From contig OZ024742.1 in the NCBI GenBank assembly GCA_964016885.1, positions 291,648,001-291,712,000 on the forward strand: a DNA stretch of 64,000 nt. Direction: 5' to 3'. This DNA is from Eledone cirrhosa. Its lineage: Eukaryota. The position numbers and the translations under genes were made by a program. The notes beneath the pieces are model-generated. The model made no database searches and was not told the origin of the DNA. It saw nothing but the letters and a program-made list of their open reading frames with translations. The first letter of the stretch is position 1, and every line of letters begins with the position of its first letter. Positions 62,902 through 64,000 of this stretch are shown piece by piece.

Positions 62902-64000
62902 CCTGATGTAACAAAAAAAAATTTTTTCTCTGTTCCTGGCTTGTAATCACTTTTTTTGTGTTGCTTAGGTCCCAAATAAATAAAAAAAAAAGTGCTATTA
63001 AACAGTTAAAAGTTGGGGTTTGTAAAAATTCTAAGCTATTCACTAGAATTATTTGTATGCTGGATTTTATGTTGTATGTAAGTTTAATTTGCTTATGTTA
63101 AATGATTTTTTTTATATATGTTTCAGGTTAAATTAAAATTATAAAATAAAGAGTAATACCTAAAGAAAATTATAAAAGTTCAATAAAGTATAAAATTGTT
63201 AAAAAGTGGATTAAAGAGATTTATTGATACTGGATTTTTGCACCCTGAATAAAGGGTAAGCTGTGTTTTAAGCATTCGTCTCCAGGAAGAGGCAGTGGAA
63301 CTTGGTCAAGGAGGAAGTGCAAGTGACAAGTCAGAGAAGTCGACACAAACCTTTCTCAGGCTTTTACACTCTTAGGGATGGCCTCTGCTTCTGCCATGAC
63401 GTGCCTGGACTGTTTGACGTTATTGGGGTGCCGTTTGTGCCCAAGGAGTGGCGGCTATTTATAGACAGCTCCACCACAAGTTTGAAGGCTGTCCTCCTCC
63501 ACAATGGAGACAAGTTCCCGACACTGTCCCTAGCTCATTCAATCTGCCTGAAGGAAGATTACTACAGTGTGAAAGTCCTCTTGGAAGCTCTGCAATACAA
63601 CCAGTACAATTGGGAAATCATTGGAGACTTCAAGATGGTGGCTTTCCTGCTTGGACTCCAAGGAGGCTTTATCAAATTCCAATGCTTCCTCTGCCTTTGG
63701 GACAGCAGAGCCACCTCTGACCACTACAAAAGAAAGAACTGGGAGCAGAACAGAATTTGTAGTTGGGACCCGGAACGTCATGTGGGAGCCACTGGTTGAT
63801 CCCAGGATTGTGATCATGCTGCCACTGCATATTAAGTTGGGGTTGATGAAGCAGTTTGTGAAGGCTCTCAACCAAGAATCAGCCACTTTTAAGTACCTTC
63901 TTGAGTTCTTCCCCAAGTTATCTGAGGCCAAAATCAAAGGTGGAATTTTTGTTGGATCTCAGATAAAGAAGGTGTTTGAGTCTACCGAGTTCTCCAATAA
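62902..64000 (+). mobile_element. CMC/Chapaev3-like DNA transposon remnant (runs off the window)
   Basis: Transposase motifs EWRLFIDSS..SLKAVLLHNG, IGDFKMVAFLLGLQGG, CFLCLWDSRA and, after a frameshift at ~63748, PLHIKLGLMKQFVKAL...FPKLSEAKIKGGIFVG; family and left end assigned from recalled motifs. Confidence 0.7.

Overview
Eukaryotic, almost certainly animal, repeat-rich DNA with no intact host gene. The CORE-type SINEs with RTE tails and the very long (TA)n arrays suggest a cephalopod such as Octopus, but that is inference. The first ~41 kb is a (TA)n microsatellite nest filled with retroelements: at least three Penelope-like element (PLE) families in tandem or inverted arrangements, several RTE LINE copies, a nearly intact CR1-like ORF2, and SINEs. 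The last ~23 kb is older decayed repeat DNA (RTE fragments, SINEs, TTAA MITEs, a Helitron-like element) and ends in a Chapaev3-like transposase remnant. All the long Y/I/H/T-rich ORFs are microsatellite artefacts. The main signal, found by manual base-pairing, is a dense set of type I hammerhead ribozyme folds from about ten unrelated sequence families. One sits in a non-coding 556-bp unit (22538-23576) that carries three hammerheads in tandem and inverted PLE-like architecture, making it a candidate (TA)n-targeting retrozyme or circular-RNA retroelement mobilised in trans by PLE machinery.
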